Shown here: in pieces, positions 13,311 to 25,479 of the stretch
How positions within the stretch are numbered: position 1 is the first letter of the stretch
Layout: each line of letters starts with the position of its first letter
Origin: Octopus sinensis
Lineage: Eukaryota
Length of the DNA stretch: 64,000 nucleotides
Assembly: GCF_006345805.1 (NCBI RefSeq)
Contig: NC_043017.1
Location: 4,030,001-4,094,000 of the forward strand
Reading direction: 5' to 3'
The notes under the pieces: model-generated
What the model was told of the DNA's origin: nothing
Seen by the model: only the letters and a program-made list of their open reading frames with translations
Databases searched by the model: none
Made by a program: the position numbers and the translations under genes

Positions 13311-13342
<32 letters not shown>

Positions 13343-13485
13343 ATGGTAGGACAAAAGTCATGAATTCTATTCTAACTGGATGTTGCAACACACACACACA
13401 CACACACACATACACACACACACAACACACAGTACACACACACGTAATTGAGTGATGAGTAGAATGTCAGCATATGAATACTTAC

Positions 13486-13672
13486 AATTCTGAGAGCTTG
13501 CAACTGGCTATCAAGGTGGCTATGCCTAGTTTTCCAGTCAGAGAGTTGTTTCTCGAGTTCCTGGACCTTCCTTCTCAGCATCTCACACTCAGACATGCGT
13601 CGGGATATCTCCTCATTGAGATTTTCGATGGTGTTTTGTTGTTCCTCGTTGACATCTTTGAGATGACGGATT
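13486..13672 (-). CDS. IF gene coding exon 2 (coil 1B including the 42-residue extension)
   Basis: ttgcag|A ATC CGT completes the CA+A codon; IRHLKDVNEEQQ...SQLQALRI|GTAAGT; 187 nt, phase 2 to 0; heptad character. Confidence 0.95.
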
Positions 13673-13735
13673 CTGCAAATAATCGAAATAAACAATGAGC
13701 CTGTGAAACCATAGATACATGCTTATATAAATATA

Positions 13736-13956
13736 TATATATACCAATTAAGGACTGAACACGAAAAAGTGGACAGTCAACATGCTAGATATAGACGTCA
13801 AATCGCCATTCTCCACAAAAGATTATGTTCTCAAATCAAACTCAGTTTGAGTTTGATCTGAGAACATAATCTTTTGTGGAGAATGGCGATTTGACGTCTA
13901 TATCTAGCATGTTGACTGTCCACTTTTTCGTGTTCAGTCCTTAATTGGTATATATA
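13736..13956. repeat. Near-perfect palindrome, 108-bp arms, 5-nt loop
   Basis: Arms 13736-13843 and 13849-13956, one mismatch (13834). Confidence 0.95.
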
Positions 13957-14168
13957 AATATTTAATCTTCGGATTTTTTTTTAATATGCTAGACCACTGG
14001 TTTTAATTGATAAATATTGATTTCTACCCTTAATTAATTTTATATATATATATATATACATATTGATAAAAATGGTAAGACAACAAAAGAAAGAAAGAGA
14101 CCTCGATATTATGTAAATCGAGGAATTTATCTGTAAATGTAATATGTAACAATTATTCGGTAGCCATG

Positions 14169-14227
14169 ATAAAACTCCGAGTTTCGGATGCCGAGGTGGA
14201 AATCCACGCCACCATCTCTTCAGTTAT
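14169..14227 (-). ncRNA. Type I hammerhead-like motif, canonical CUGAAGA core (sense strand of IF intron 1)
   Basis: ATAA-CTGAAGA-GATG...CATC-C-GAAA-CTC-G-GAG-T-T-TTAT on the minus strand. Confidence 0.7.
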
Positions 14228-14423
14228 GGGGCCATCGGAAAAATGCTACGAAAAATGACCGTTATACAAAAAGAAATTATTGTGTGATTGACCGTTATTA
14301 ATGAACTTTTTTACCCACTTATTAGGGTCATTCAAATAGCTCTTTTGTCTTAATAACGGTCAATCACACAGTAATTTCTCTTTGTATAACGGTCATTTTT
14401 CATAGCATTTTTCCGATGGCCGA

Positions 14424-14482
14424 ATAACTGAAGAGATGGCGGCGTGATTTTCCACCTCGGCATCCGAAACTCGGAGTTTTAT
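14424..14482 (+). ncRNA. Type I hammerhead-like motif, canonical CUGAAGA core
   Basis: ATAA(14424) CTGAAGA(14428-34) GATG...CATC C GAAA(14466-69) CTC G GAG T T TTAT(14479-82). Confidence 0.7.
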
Positions 14483-14949
14483 CATGGCTAACGAATAATT
14501 GTCATATATATATATATATAATATATTATATATATATATATAATATATATATATAATATATATATATACATATATGTTAAAAGATGGAGCAGTGAAGTGT
14601 TACTCTAAAGGTCAGAGCAGACAGAGAAATTATATTATACACGTACTTAGATAAAACAGTCAACTGAAACGTGTGTAGTGACGCCTTCGAATATTGGAAT
14701 ATCTATTCGTTTATTCCTGTTCATTGTATATGTATACTCTTACACTCGTTTTAGTCATTTGACTGTGGCCATGCTGGAGCACCGCCTTTAGTCGAGCAAA
14801 TCGACCCCAGAACTTATTCTTTGTAAGCCTAGTACTTACTCTATCGGTCTCTTTTGCCGAACCGCTAAGTTACGGGGACGTAGACACACCAGCATCGGTT
14901 TTCAAGCGATGTTGGGGGGACAAACACAGACATACAAACATATACATGC

Positions 14950-14996
<47 letters not shown>

Positions 14997-15042
14997 TAAT
15001 CCAAACAAGAAAACACAAAAAAACAACAACGCGAGTACGTGG

Positions 15043-15079
<37 letters not shown>

Positions 15080-15263
15080 GACAGCTTCTTTCAGTTTCCG
15101 TCTACCAAATCCACTCATAAGGCTTTGGTCGGCCCGAGGCTATAGTAGAAGACACTTGCCCAAGGTGCCACGCAGTGGGACTGAACCTGCAACCATGTGG
15201 TTCGTGTCCTATAAATTCCACACAGCGTTGGTTTGTTGTCTCATTTTATTTAGCACATACACA

Positions 15264-15314
<51 letters not shown>

Positions 15315-15666
15315 TTAACAGGTGTGCGCGCGCGCGCGCACATCCAATGAAAAGAAGGAGCGAACGAAAATCCATTAACACATCTTTAATAATAATAAAA
15401 GATGTGTTAAAGAATTTTCTTTGTCTTCTTTTCATTGGATTAGTTAATCTTCGCTAAACCCATTTGACAGGATAATCGTCGTGAAACTTTGATTGTCAAC
15501 ACCTGAGGAATTCCGGCTTTCGCTTGGAACCCAGCAGTAATTGATAGCCCAGTATTCGGGTCGAGTGCTTCTCGAATTTATTTGGTATATATATATTCCA
15601 CTGAATTTAGGTAAATAATCCTTCGAACAGACGGTCAGTAGCGACGCCTGCTGGGTTCGGCTACTC

Positions 15667-15705
15667 TGCATTGATAAAGGGCAAATACCCTGAAACTAGT
15701 CTGTA
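15667..15705 (+). ncRNA. Minimal type I hammerhead-like motif, U3:A8 core, GUC site
   Basis: TGCA-TTGATAA-AGGG(caaata)CCCT-GAAA-CTAG-TC-TGTA; palindromic stem III ACTAGT. Confidence 0.7.
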
Positions 15706-16117
15706 TATCCCAGACCAGCAAAGGGAAGCGGCTGACTTCCCCTGTTTGGAGGTTATAATGGACACAGGTTCGTGTGTCACATAGCTAGCTAGAGGCGATG
15801 GCATCTTGGAGCTAATCAACGGCAGCTTTCGTCCTATATTTATGGTCTGCCATATTAGCTTGGCGATAACTATTAATATATATATACAATCAATAATAAA
15901 AGGGTAAAATTAATTAATTATTAATTAATTTTACCAAGTAGTGTTCAGTATGTAAAAATACCATTTACGGTATATTTAAAACATTACGTTATATAATTAG
16001 GGTTCAGTAAAATAATTTACTTTACCACACACCGAACTTTTAGAAATAGCAGCCCAAAAAATCTTAGCTATTTCTTCTACTATAAGAGAAATCTCCCAGA
16101 CAATGCATACTCAAAAA

Positions 16118-16170
<53 letters not shown>

Positions 16171-16319
16171 TATATAATGTAGTAATACTTCACCAAGTAG
16201 AAAAGCATTCGATCAGGTAAGAGAGTAGAAATAATCTTATAATAAACAAGAAAAAAACACAAATCTTGTGAATACAGTTACTCGGGATTTCCTGGTTGAA
16301 ATAATTATTTATTCAACAA

Positions 16320-16735
16320 TGCGCAGGAGTGGCTGTGTGATAAGTAGCTTGCTAACCAACCACATGGTTCCGGGTTCAGTCCCACTGCGTGGCATCTTGG
16401 GCAAGCGTCTTCTGCTATAGCCCCGGGCCGACCAATGCCTTGTGAGTGGATTTGGTAGACGGAAACTGAAAGAAGCCTGTCGTATATATGTATATATATA
16501 TATATAAGTGTGTGTGTATATGTTTGTGTGTCTGTGTTTGTCCCCCTAGCATTGCTTGACAACCGATGCTGGTGTGTTTACGTCCTCGTAACTTAATGGT
16601 TCGGCAAAAGAGACCGATAGAATAAGTACTGAGCTTACAAAGAATAAGTCCCGGGGTCGATTTGCTCGACTAAAGGCGGTGCTCCAGCATGGCCGCAGTC
16701 CAATGACTGAAACCAGTAAAAGAGTAAAAAAAAGA
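16320..16735 (+). mobile_element. tRNA-derived SINE family B, near full length
   Basis: gcgcaggagtggctgtgtg...ggttcagtccc...internal (TA/TG)n...gactgaaaccagtaaaagagtaaaa. Other copies: 840-1257(-), 14742-15205(-), 27690-28080(-), 31607-32010(-), 33300-33708(-), 34880-35250(+), 46199-46598(-); partials 28835-28915, 58982-59146, 62295-62432, 63920-64000. Confidence 0.9.
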
Positions 16736-17150
16736 GTAAGTTATTAAACTGGAAACAAGAGCGTCTCTGCTTTTAAACATTCTCTGCCCTAAAGATAACC
16801 GACAAACGGCTTTGTTTCAGATTTATAAATAGCCGAATGAATTATTATTTCGGCCGGGAAACCCTGGGAAGGTGTATTTACAAGGTTTTGTGGTTTATCA
16901 TAAGGTTATATATACATACACACACACACACATACATGTGTGTGTGGTGTGTGTGTGTGTGTGTGTCTGTGTCTGCCATTCCCATTCGATATCGTTGGAA
17001 AGCAACTAATTTCTTTAATTGTAATAGTTAATCAAGTTCACCAAAGTTGGAGAGCCCTACGTGACTACACGACATTCTAGAAATAGCAGCTACATAACAC
17101 GAAAGGTGCACACGTGTGTGTAGACAGACAGACAGACAGACAGACAGACG

Positions 17151-17259
<109 letters not shown>

Positions 17260-20189
17260 TTTTACATTCAGGTGTACACTTTGTAGCGGGCTTTTGACAA
17301 GTCACCTGAGGAGAGAAACACATCTGCACCTATGATGCACAACAATTGTTTGTACAGCGTCTCACCTGCGATGTACCGGTGCACGATGGGTCGAAAAGAT
17401 CATCGTGAATAAAGAGTCTCGTGAATTTCATTTACTTTCTCTCATGATATAGATATATATATAAGGACCGCTTCGGTTATGAATGACCATGGGATCGCAC
17501 CTAGAAAGATCCCCTCCGAGGTACAAGTCCGAACAAGGTTGTTTATGGAAGATCAGCAGTCGCCCCTACGTGCAAGCTTCCCCTCCCCGTTCCACCAATG
17601 GAATGGCACCAGTGACGTTGCAACCCATTTCTGCGGTTATGGGAACTGATGCAACGGGAAATAAAGTGTTTTGCTGAAGAACACAACACACAGCCCGGTC
17701 CAGGAATCGAACTCACTACAATGTGACTGAGCCCGACGTATGTATGTCTTTGTGTTTGTGTTTTGTACCTCACACTCAGCGTTTGAAAACTGGTGTTGGT
17801 TTGTTTACCTCTCTGTCACTTGTTGATTCATCGAAAGAGGCCGATAGACCGATAGAATAAAAGCCAGGCTTAAAATTTAAGTACTTGAGGAGATTTGTTC
17901 GACTAAACCTTTCAAGACGGAGACCCAACTTGGCTCTGGTCCATTGACTGGAAACAAATATAAACTGGAAGATAAACCTTCCTAAAGTTACACCGTCTCT
18001 GCCGTTTTGAGAAAAGACCAGATTATGTATCCAAAATAAAACTTCCCTTGTAGCACACGCCCTACGTTAAAACTCACACCGTTTCTTCCGCCTAAAAGTA
18101 TAGAACAAAATAGCCTGCTAGAGCGACCACCTACTTTGAAGATATGAAAAAGAAAGTGTAAAATATTCGGGGGGAGCTCAAAAATCTTTCATTGATAGAA
18201 AATTGATAAGTGATAAAAAAAACGGTGCCTAGATTATTAAAAGTGGTCAATGACTCAAACAATGTATTTTCTCTGGTGAGTCATCATTCACCCTTTTTAT
18301 TTTCCCGCTCCGAAGAGTTTGTGTCGGGAAACAATTCAAAGAAGCCTTCAGCCCAGATTGTTTATCCCTTACAGTGAAGCATGGACAATGATGCCTTGGA
18401 ATATTCTTAACTCCTACGATTATCTGAGTAGTTTGGTTGATCATGTCTATTTCTGCTTTAAAACAATTTTAATACTACGCAAAGATAACTTTAATTCTTC
18501 GATAATTTAGTCTTTTATACTTTTCTGCTTTTTTTTTTCTTTTAATCAATTTCTTTTTCTGTACGCAAATAAAAAGAATGCTCCAGACTAAAATATATGC
18601 TCTGAGTAACTTGCTCAAGATATAAAATGAGAAATAAACTTGTAAGATTTACCGAGCAGAAAAGCAAAACCCCAGGGATTGGAGAAAGTCCTTCGACTCG
18701 GGCAAGTCAGGGATTATAAGGAGGTCGATAAATCAAGTACCAATTACACACTGGGGTCGATCTACTCGACTTAATCCCTTTGTCTATCCTTGTTTGTCCC
18801 CTCTATGTTTAGCCCCTTGTGGTCAATATAGAAATAAGAATTAAGGCGGCGAGATGGTTGAATTGGTAGTACCCCGGATAAATTGCCTTTCGTCCATCTT
18901 TACGCTCTGAATTCAAATTCAACCGAGATCGGCTTTACCTTTCATCCATTCGGGGTCGATAAATAAAGTACCGGTTGTGCATTGTGGCTTGATAAGATCG
19001 ACAAACTCCCCTCCCCTAAGATATTTCAGGCCTTATGTCTATATAGCAGAAAGGATTATTACTGAGACTACAAAAAAATAGAATTTAAAGAAATCCGGCT
19101 GCTATTTCGAGCAGGTTGAATGTCCATGTAGAGTAACACATAAGCTACGAAGTTGCTCTGAACTGGTGAGTGAGGAGGAGGAGGAGGAGGAGGAGAGAGG
19201 AGGAGGTTAGATATTTGATGTTTGTGAAGCTGTTATTCATTCATTAATTTCATAAAGCAAAATCGGGAAGAATGTCACGAAAGAGAGGGAGTAAGGGACG
19301 GAAATGGGGGTAAGAGCAGGGGGTCGGGTCGGGTGAGAATATATATATAAGTGGAGCTACAAGTGACTGAATCAACTTGCAAATGACATTCCGTCACAGA
19401 CAGTTGTGTACATAGTCTGAAAAAAAGCCACACAGGTTTGGCCTGTTTAGTTAGATGAGTGTATAAGAAGGAAGCCTGTATAAAGTTCACAGGCTGTGGA
19501 ACGAGTTTCCTATCTGCCCGTTTGCTGGGGGCGGAGACGGCGGGGGAAGGCGGAGGGGAGAAGAAAAGAAGATATTCTGACGTTTCGGAAACTGACTTTT
19601 CTTCTTTGAACGAAAAGACTTGGCTTTTCTCTCCGCCTTTCTCTCTCCCTCCCTCCCTCTTTCTCTCTCCTCCCTTTTCTCCTCTCATTTCGCCCATCTC
19701 TCCTAATCTCTCCTATATCTCTCATCTCTCACTTCTCCCATCATTCTCATCCTACCCTCCCACCCTCTCTCTCTCTCCCTCTCTCTTCATCCCTCTCTCC
19801 CTCTCTCTTCATCCCTCTCTCCCTCTCTTTCTCTATCCCGCTCTCTCTCTCTTCATCTCTCTCTCCCTCTCTTTCTCTATCCCGCTCTCTCTCTCTCTGT
19901 TTATCTATCTTTTTATTTCTCATCCCTCTCTCTCTCTTTTCATTTCTCCCATCTTTCCAATCTCTCTTATATCTCTCATCTCTCTTCTCTTCCGTCTCTC
20001 TCATCTATCTCTCTTTCTCTATCTCTCTATCTATTAATCTCATCCCTCTTTCTGTTTTTTTTATTTTTCCCATCCGTCTAATCTCTCCCATATTTCTCAT
20101 CCCTCTCTTTCTCTCACTCTCTCTATTTCTTTTTCTCTCCTCTCTCTCTCTTACTTTCTCTCCCCTCCCTCTCTCTCTCAATCTCTCTC

Positions 20190-20220
<31 letters not shown>

Positions 20221-20374
20221 TACACTTAATGCACACATTCTTTCTTCTTTAATCACAAGACCTGAAATTTGGTGGGAGAGGAGTAGTGGATAAAACCGCT
20301 AGTTACTACAGTGCAGACACCTAGAGATTCCGAGTTCAATCCAAGGCAAAGGCAATAAGGTGAATCAAAAGATA

Positions 20375-20416
20375 CACCTGAAGACAGCAGGAGCATACAA
20401 CAGCCGAAGCGTAGTG
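20375..20416 (+). pseudogene. Degenerate hammerhead remnant
   Basis: CAC-CTGAAGA-...-C-GAAG-CG-TA-GTG; A15.1 to G and unpaired stem II. Confidence 0.35.
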
Positions 20417-21575
20417 AATGCAACAACCAAGATGAAGACATCAGTCCCACTAAAACAACTATTGTTGTTGTTGTTGTTGTTTTGCTTAAAGTCAACCTTG
20501 TTCAAGCTGAGCTATAGTCAAGGGTGTTCAAAGCTTGACTGTCTCATTTCCAGACATTTCCAGGCACAGTTTATCACAGAGTATATTATCCAGAATGTGC
20601 GGGACTTGTCGCAGATTTGGCTGTCCTTTCTAACGAATTCAACAACCTGTAACCGTTCTCCTCTTCCATACTAAATATTTGTTAAATACGATTTTTGAGT
20701 CCTGAGTGAACTCTCAATGAAATAGACGTGTGTGAAAACAAGTTGAACCTCTTAAATCCGACATTCTATGGGTCCGGTAACTCCCTTTTTTCATTTAAAC
20801 TTTCTAATACACAAAACAACAAAAAGCCTTATTTCGTTTTTGGATTTGGTTTGCAAGATTCTTTATATGAGTTCGTGTGTTGAAGCATATTCTGAGAGTC
20901 AAAACTATTGAAAAGGTTGCAACACGCAACGAAAATTTTAGGAAAATAAAAATAAGAAATAAGTGGAAATTTTACCGGTGAGTGTGTTAAATAATAAGGC
21001 ACAAAACGAAAATGACTCTCCCCAGACACAACAGAACAAAAAGCCTTGTTTGGAAGCATTATTAGTTGTATTACTCCATTAGTTCCTGTTTTAAGCAGTT
21101 CTAATTCTGATAAGGCATCAATACATCTGTGTGTGTGCGCGTGCGCGAAATGAAACGTCAATGTCGTGTTTACATAGAGGCTTTTCACTTGGAGTTAGAT
21201 TTCTGAGTTTAAGAACCTGTATATGATAACCTGTATATGACATATATAAACTGTTCTATCTTTATCATAGCAGCATTTATGCTTTCTTTTTTTTTTTTAT
21301 GTTCATCTAATAAACTGGTTCCGTGTAATTTGTGGGTACCAAGCACAATCTCTACATAATTGTTTCAATCAGAAATATTAAAAAAAAAAAAATTTAGACA
21401 GAGAAGGTGGGGAAAAGTGAGAGAGAGAGAGAATATGAAATGGACCGCAACTGACCAAAAGTGACAAAATAAGGAAACGAGAAAGGTGGGAGACATTTTG
21501 GAATGTTGACATAAAATGAAGAGAGCAACAACGGGAGAGGCAAAAAACGAAATATAGCGAAATATTTGTACTTAC

Positions 21576-22030
21576 TGTCCGTTTAAGCCCTCCATTTCCT
21601 CTTCTAAGGTTGCAATGCGGGCTTTCAGAGTTGCATTTTCGTCGGTGGTCGTTAGCAGTTGCTTCTTGAGTTCGTCTATTTCGGTCTGGTACATAGCCTT
21701 CATCGGCTCAATGTTAAAGTCGCGTTTTTGTTTTTTCAATGCTTCTTTTAACGCCTTATTTTCAGTTTCAAGGAAACGGACCTTTTCGATGTAGTTGGCA
21801 AACCTTTCGTTCAAATCTTGCATCTCCTTTTTTTCTTTCTCCCTGGTGCACTTGATATCAGTGGCCCCTTTTGAAGAAAGCGAACTGACGACACCATCTT
21901 TGAAATGTAAGGGTGAGCCATAATTTGATCCGACACTTGATACCCTACTTTTGCGAATTATCTTAGTAGTTGCTGTCGGATAGGAGGAAGTCCCCATCGA
22001 TTTTCTGTAGGATGTTTTCGAATAATTCAT
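21576..22030 (-). CDS. Cytoplasmic intermediate filament protein, coding exon 1 (head, coil 1A, start of coil 1B)
   Basis: ATG at 22030 with A at -3; encodes REKEKKEMQDLNERFANYIEKVRFLETENK, the IF coil-1A consensus; ends GGA CA|GTAAGT (phase 2 donor); 455 nt. Confidence 0.97.
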
Positions 22031-22217
22031 TTTCGCTGTTTGTTTGTTGTTGCTCCTTTAGTTAATGCTGCTGTTGTTTGAATAAACCCAATGTAAGAAG
22101 TTCCCGAGTAAACTGCAATAACAACCGTAAAGTCGAAATCAATCCAAACTGGAGTTTATCCTAAAAGCTGGAAGGGAAAATGGAAAAGTCAACGACGTGT
22201 CTGATGCTGCCAGCAAC

Positions 22218-22253
22218 TGCGGGAATTGCATCGTTGCCGGTCTCTCTTATATA
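22218..22253 (-). promoter_or_regulatory. Putative core promoter of the IF gene (TATA box plus Inr-like site)
   Basis: Minus strand TATATAAG at 22253-22246; GCAGTT with A at 22218 about 30 nt downstream; about 190 nt to the ATG; GA/CA-rich tracts upstream. Confidence 0.55.
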
Positions 22254-22932
22254 TATCCATCCCTCTCTCACCCTCACCCTCTTTCTCCAAATACATATAT
22301 GCATACATCTATTCTTTACCTACATACATTTACGCACACACACTCACACCACACCACACCACACCACACACAAATGTGCGTGCGTGCGTGTATGTGTGTG
22401 TGTGTGTGTATGTGTGTGTGTGTGTGGTGTGTGTGTGTGTGTGTACATGTAGAATTGTTGGAGTGAGAGTGGTCAAAAGAGAAAGAAAAAGACCAAGAAA
22501 GAAAGAAAGAAAGAACGAGGTCGAAACAGAGACGGGCTGGGGGGGAGGAGAGGGGGTTATTAGACGAAGGCAAGAGGAGAGAAAGAAATAGAGAGAGAGA
22601 AGAGACGGCGTGGGAGGAAGGGAGAGAGAGAGAGAGAGGAATGGGGGGAGGGAGGGAGGGACAAAGAGAACGCGAGCAGAGGAGGGAAGGCATGAGGGAA
22701 GATGAAGAAGTAGAGGAAGAAAAGAAGAGGTTGAATGTTGATGAGTATCAGTGCATGTGTGTGTGTGTGTGTGTGAAGGGAAAGAGACATGGCATGAGAG
22801 ACGAGACTATATGTGAGAATTTTTCAAAAAAAACAAAATCACTTTGAGAAAAAAAATAAAAAAAGAGAAATGAACTATAAATTTTCGACCATTCCTCCCA
22901 CTTTTCCATTAATCTTCCCTCCTCCCCTCTCT

Positions 22933-22985
<53 letters not shown>

Positions 22986-23928
22986 CTTGCTTTGTATGTA
23001 TATGTATTATATATATGTATGTATGTATGTATATATATATGAGTGTGTATGTATGGATGGATGTATATACTCACGCATAAGCCTACATATATGTTTTGTG
23101 TGTGTGAGTGTGTATGTTTGTGAGTATGTATATGTGAATGTGTGTGTTTTTGCGTGTGACACATTTTACAAGGATTTACTAAGATAAAAGACACCTACAC
23201 ATACACACATATATACATACATGCATGTATGCATGTATATAAGTAAGCTAATACATATACACACCCTAAGTAAATAATTACCTGAAATTTTGTTTGTTTT
23301 CTCGAAGTCATAGCGAGAGACACGCACACACACACGCACACATGCACACTCACAAATATACATACACACGTACACACTTACACACACACCCCTGTACGGA
23401 TGCACGCACTGCCACGAAAAGTTGACAGAGAGGATGACACGTATAGCAAGTGAAATATCACATCCTTACACAGATGCATACACACACACACACATGCACA
23501 CACACACACAAATTAACACACACACACAAATACACACACACAAACAAATGCACACACACACACACAAATGCATACACACACACAAATGCACACTCATATA
23601 TCTGCGTGTATGTATGTGCACGGGTGTACATGTATGTGCATGTGTGTGTGTGTGTTCGTGTGTGTATGTGGTGTGTGTATAGAGAAGCATTTTACATAAA
23701 AAACATAATATATATATATATATATTATATATATACTCATCTACACATACACACCGGGTTGTATAGACAGAAAGAAACCCTTTAGAAATATATATATAAA
23801 GTGATACACACACACATACACACATACAACACACACACGCGCGCGCGCGCGCGCGCATTCGAAAGTTCTTATACACTTACATAAAAACACATTTTCACTT
23901 ACAATCTTTCATATATATGTGTGTGTGT

Positions 23929-23960
<32 letters not shown>

Positions 23961-24289
23961 ATAAAGGATTATTTTTTATTTATTTATTTACTCTTCCGGC
24001 AACGTATATGTGTGTAAAGGTGTGTGTGTTATATATATATATATGTGCATGTTTGTCTGTCTCTCTGTCCGTCTGTCTGTCTGTGGAGGTGGGGGTGCGC
24101 GCACGCATTAGAATTTATATATATGAGCACAACACTCGGACCTACTACAATGACAATATTAATTTGTATAGCGGGTTATAACGGGTCTTTCCTGAATCTT
24201 TTACCTCCATGTATACTTGTTGATTCACTCTTCTGTAACACACACGTCCGAATTAATAAATAGCTGTTAATAATAATGATAATAATAAC

Positions 24290-24329
<40 letters not shown>

Positions 24330-24433
24330 GTAATAATAATAATAATATCATCACAACAAATCACAGCACATACCCAAGGCACACAGAGCTGCGCTCGGTA
24401 GTGAAGTGGAAGCACGCTATAAAAATAAAACTA

Positions 24434-24495
<62 letters not shown>

Positions 24496-24901
24496 TAATA
24501 ATGATGATGATGATGATGATGGTTTCTTTTATTGGCCATACGAGTCTAAGACGGTTGGGGGACAATACAAAGTCGAGTACAAAAGAAAAGCAACAAAGAC
24601 GCCGTGGAAGTTTTTGCATCGAATAGAATGGGCGAGATCAACAGGAGCAATAGCGATGTTAATAATAAATAAATGGCAATAATTAGTCGTGACAGCAGAA
24701 GGTAACAATATGGCAATTAGGAGTGATCCCTAAAACTGTGGTGGGGGAGGCAATTATATAAGGGTGATTCGCGGTAACCCCCCCCCCCAAACACAAGACC
24801 GTGGATTTCGCTGACAAATCAAAAAAAAAGAGCATATAAATTCGCTCCCCTTAGCTTTGGCAGCCAGCATCCAGCCGCATAATTAGTGCAGCTTCATTTA
24901 A

Positions 24902-25121
24902 ACATTTAGCATTTATACCGGTCGTATTAGGCCCAAAATTCTACCTATTGAATGTTCAAACCGGTCAGATCCAGCCTCTCACATCTACCCTACAATGTTA
25001 TTCTAATTATAAACCATCACTTTATTGAAATCTCAAAGCTGTGAAATAATGCATGATTAATTCAAAACAATGTGGATAAAATAAGCATTACATTTGAAAA
25101 AGCAATACGAATGCTAAAGGG
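24902..25121. mobile_element. piggyBac-like MITE
   Basis: TTAA on both flanks (24898-24901, 25122-25125); right end aatgctaaaggg, left end decayed acatttagcatt. Confidence 0.65.
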
Positions 25122-25391
25122 TTAACCACACCGATTTCTCTGGTCTCAGCTAGCTATTTTTAAAAGAGCAGCATACCCCTTTCTATCCACCCCTTTCTCT
25201 TCAAGTGGGTTTTGAAGAAGTTAGTGAGGACTTGATCTGAGAGATTAAACAGTCTTCCAAAATTTCAACCCCGTTCAACACATAACTACAGACACCGCAC
25301 AAAAGACAACCGGAGGAAGAAAACGACTCAGTCTTCTTCCTTAAAAGCAGACGATAGGACGATCTTTATGATGGTGGTGGTGATGGTGGTG

Positions 25392-25460
<69 letters not shown>

Positions 25461-25479
25461 AAAATGATAATAATGATAA

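Larger units (their letters stand above)
14149..14502. mobile_element. Inverted repeat (153-bp arms, 48-nt spacer), probable Penelope-like pseudo-LTR remnant
   Basis: About 9 mismatches between arms by eye; each arm holds a hammerhead motif; the Penelope assignment is inference (no RT or GIY-YIG ORF seen). Confidence 0.7.

Noticed and set aside
13861-13925. Hammerhead-like arrangement in the palindrome arm
   Set aside because: Core and GAAA not present; too degenerate
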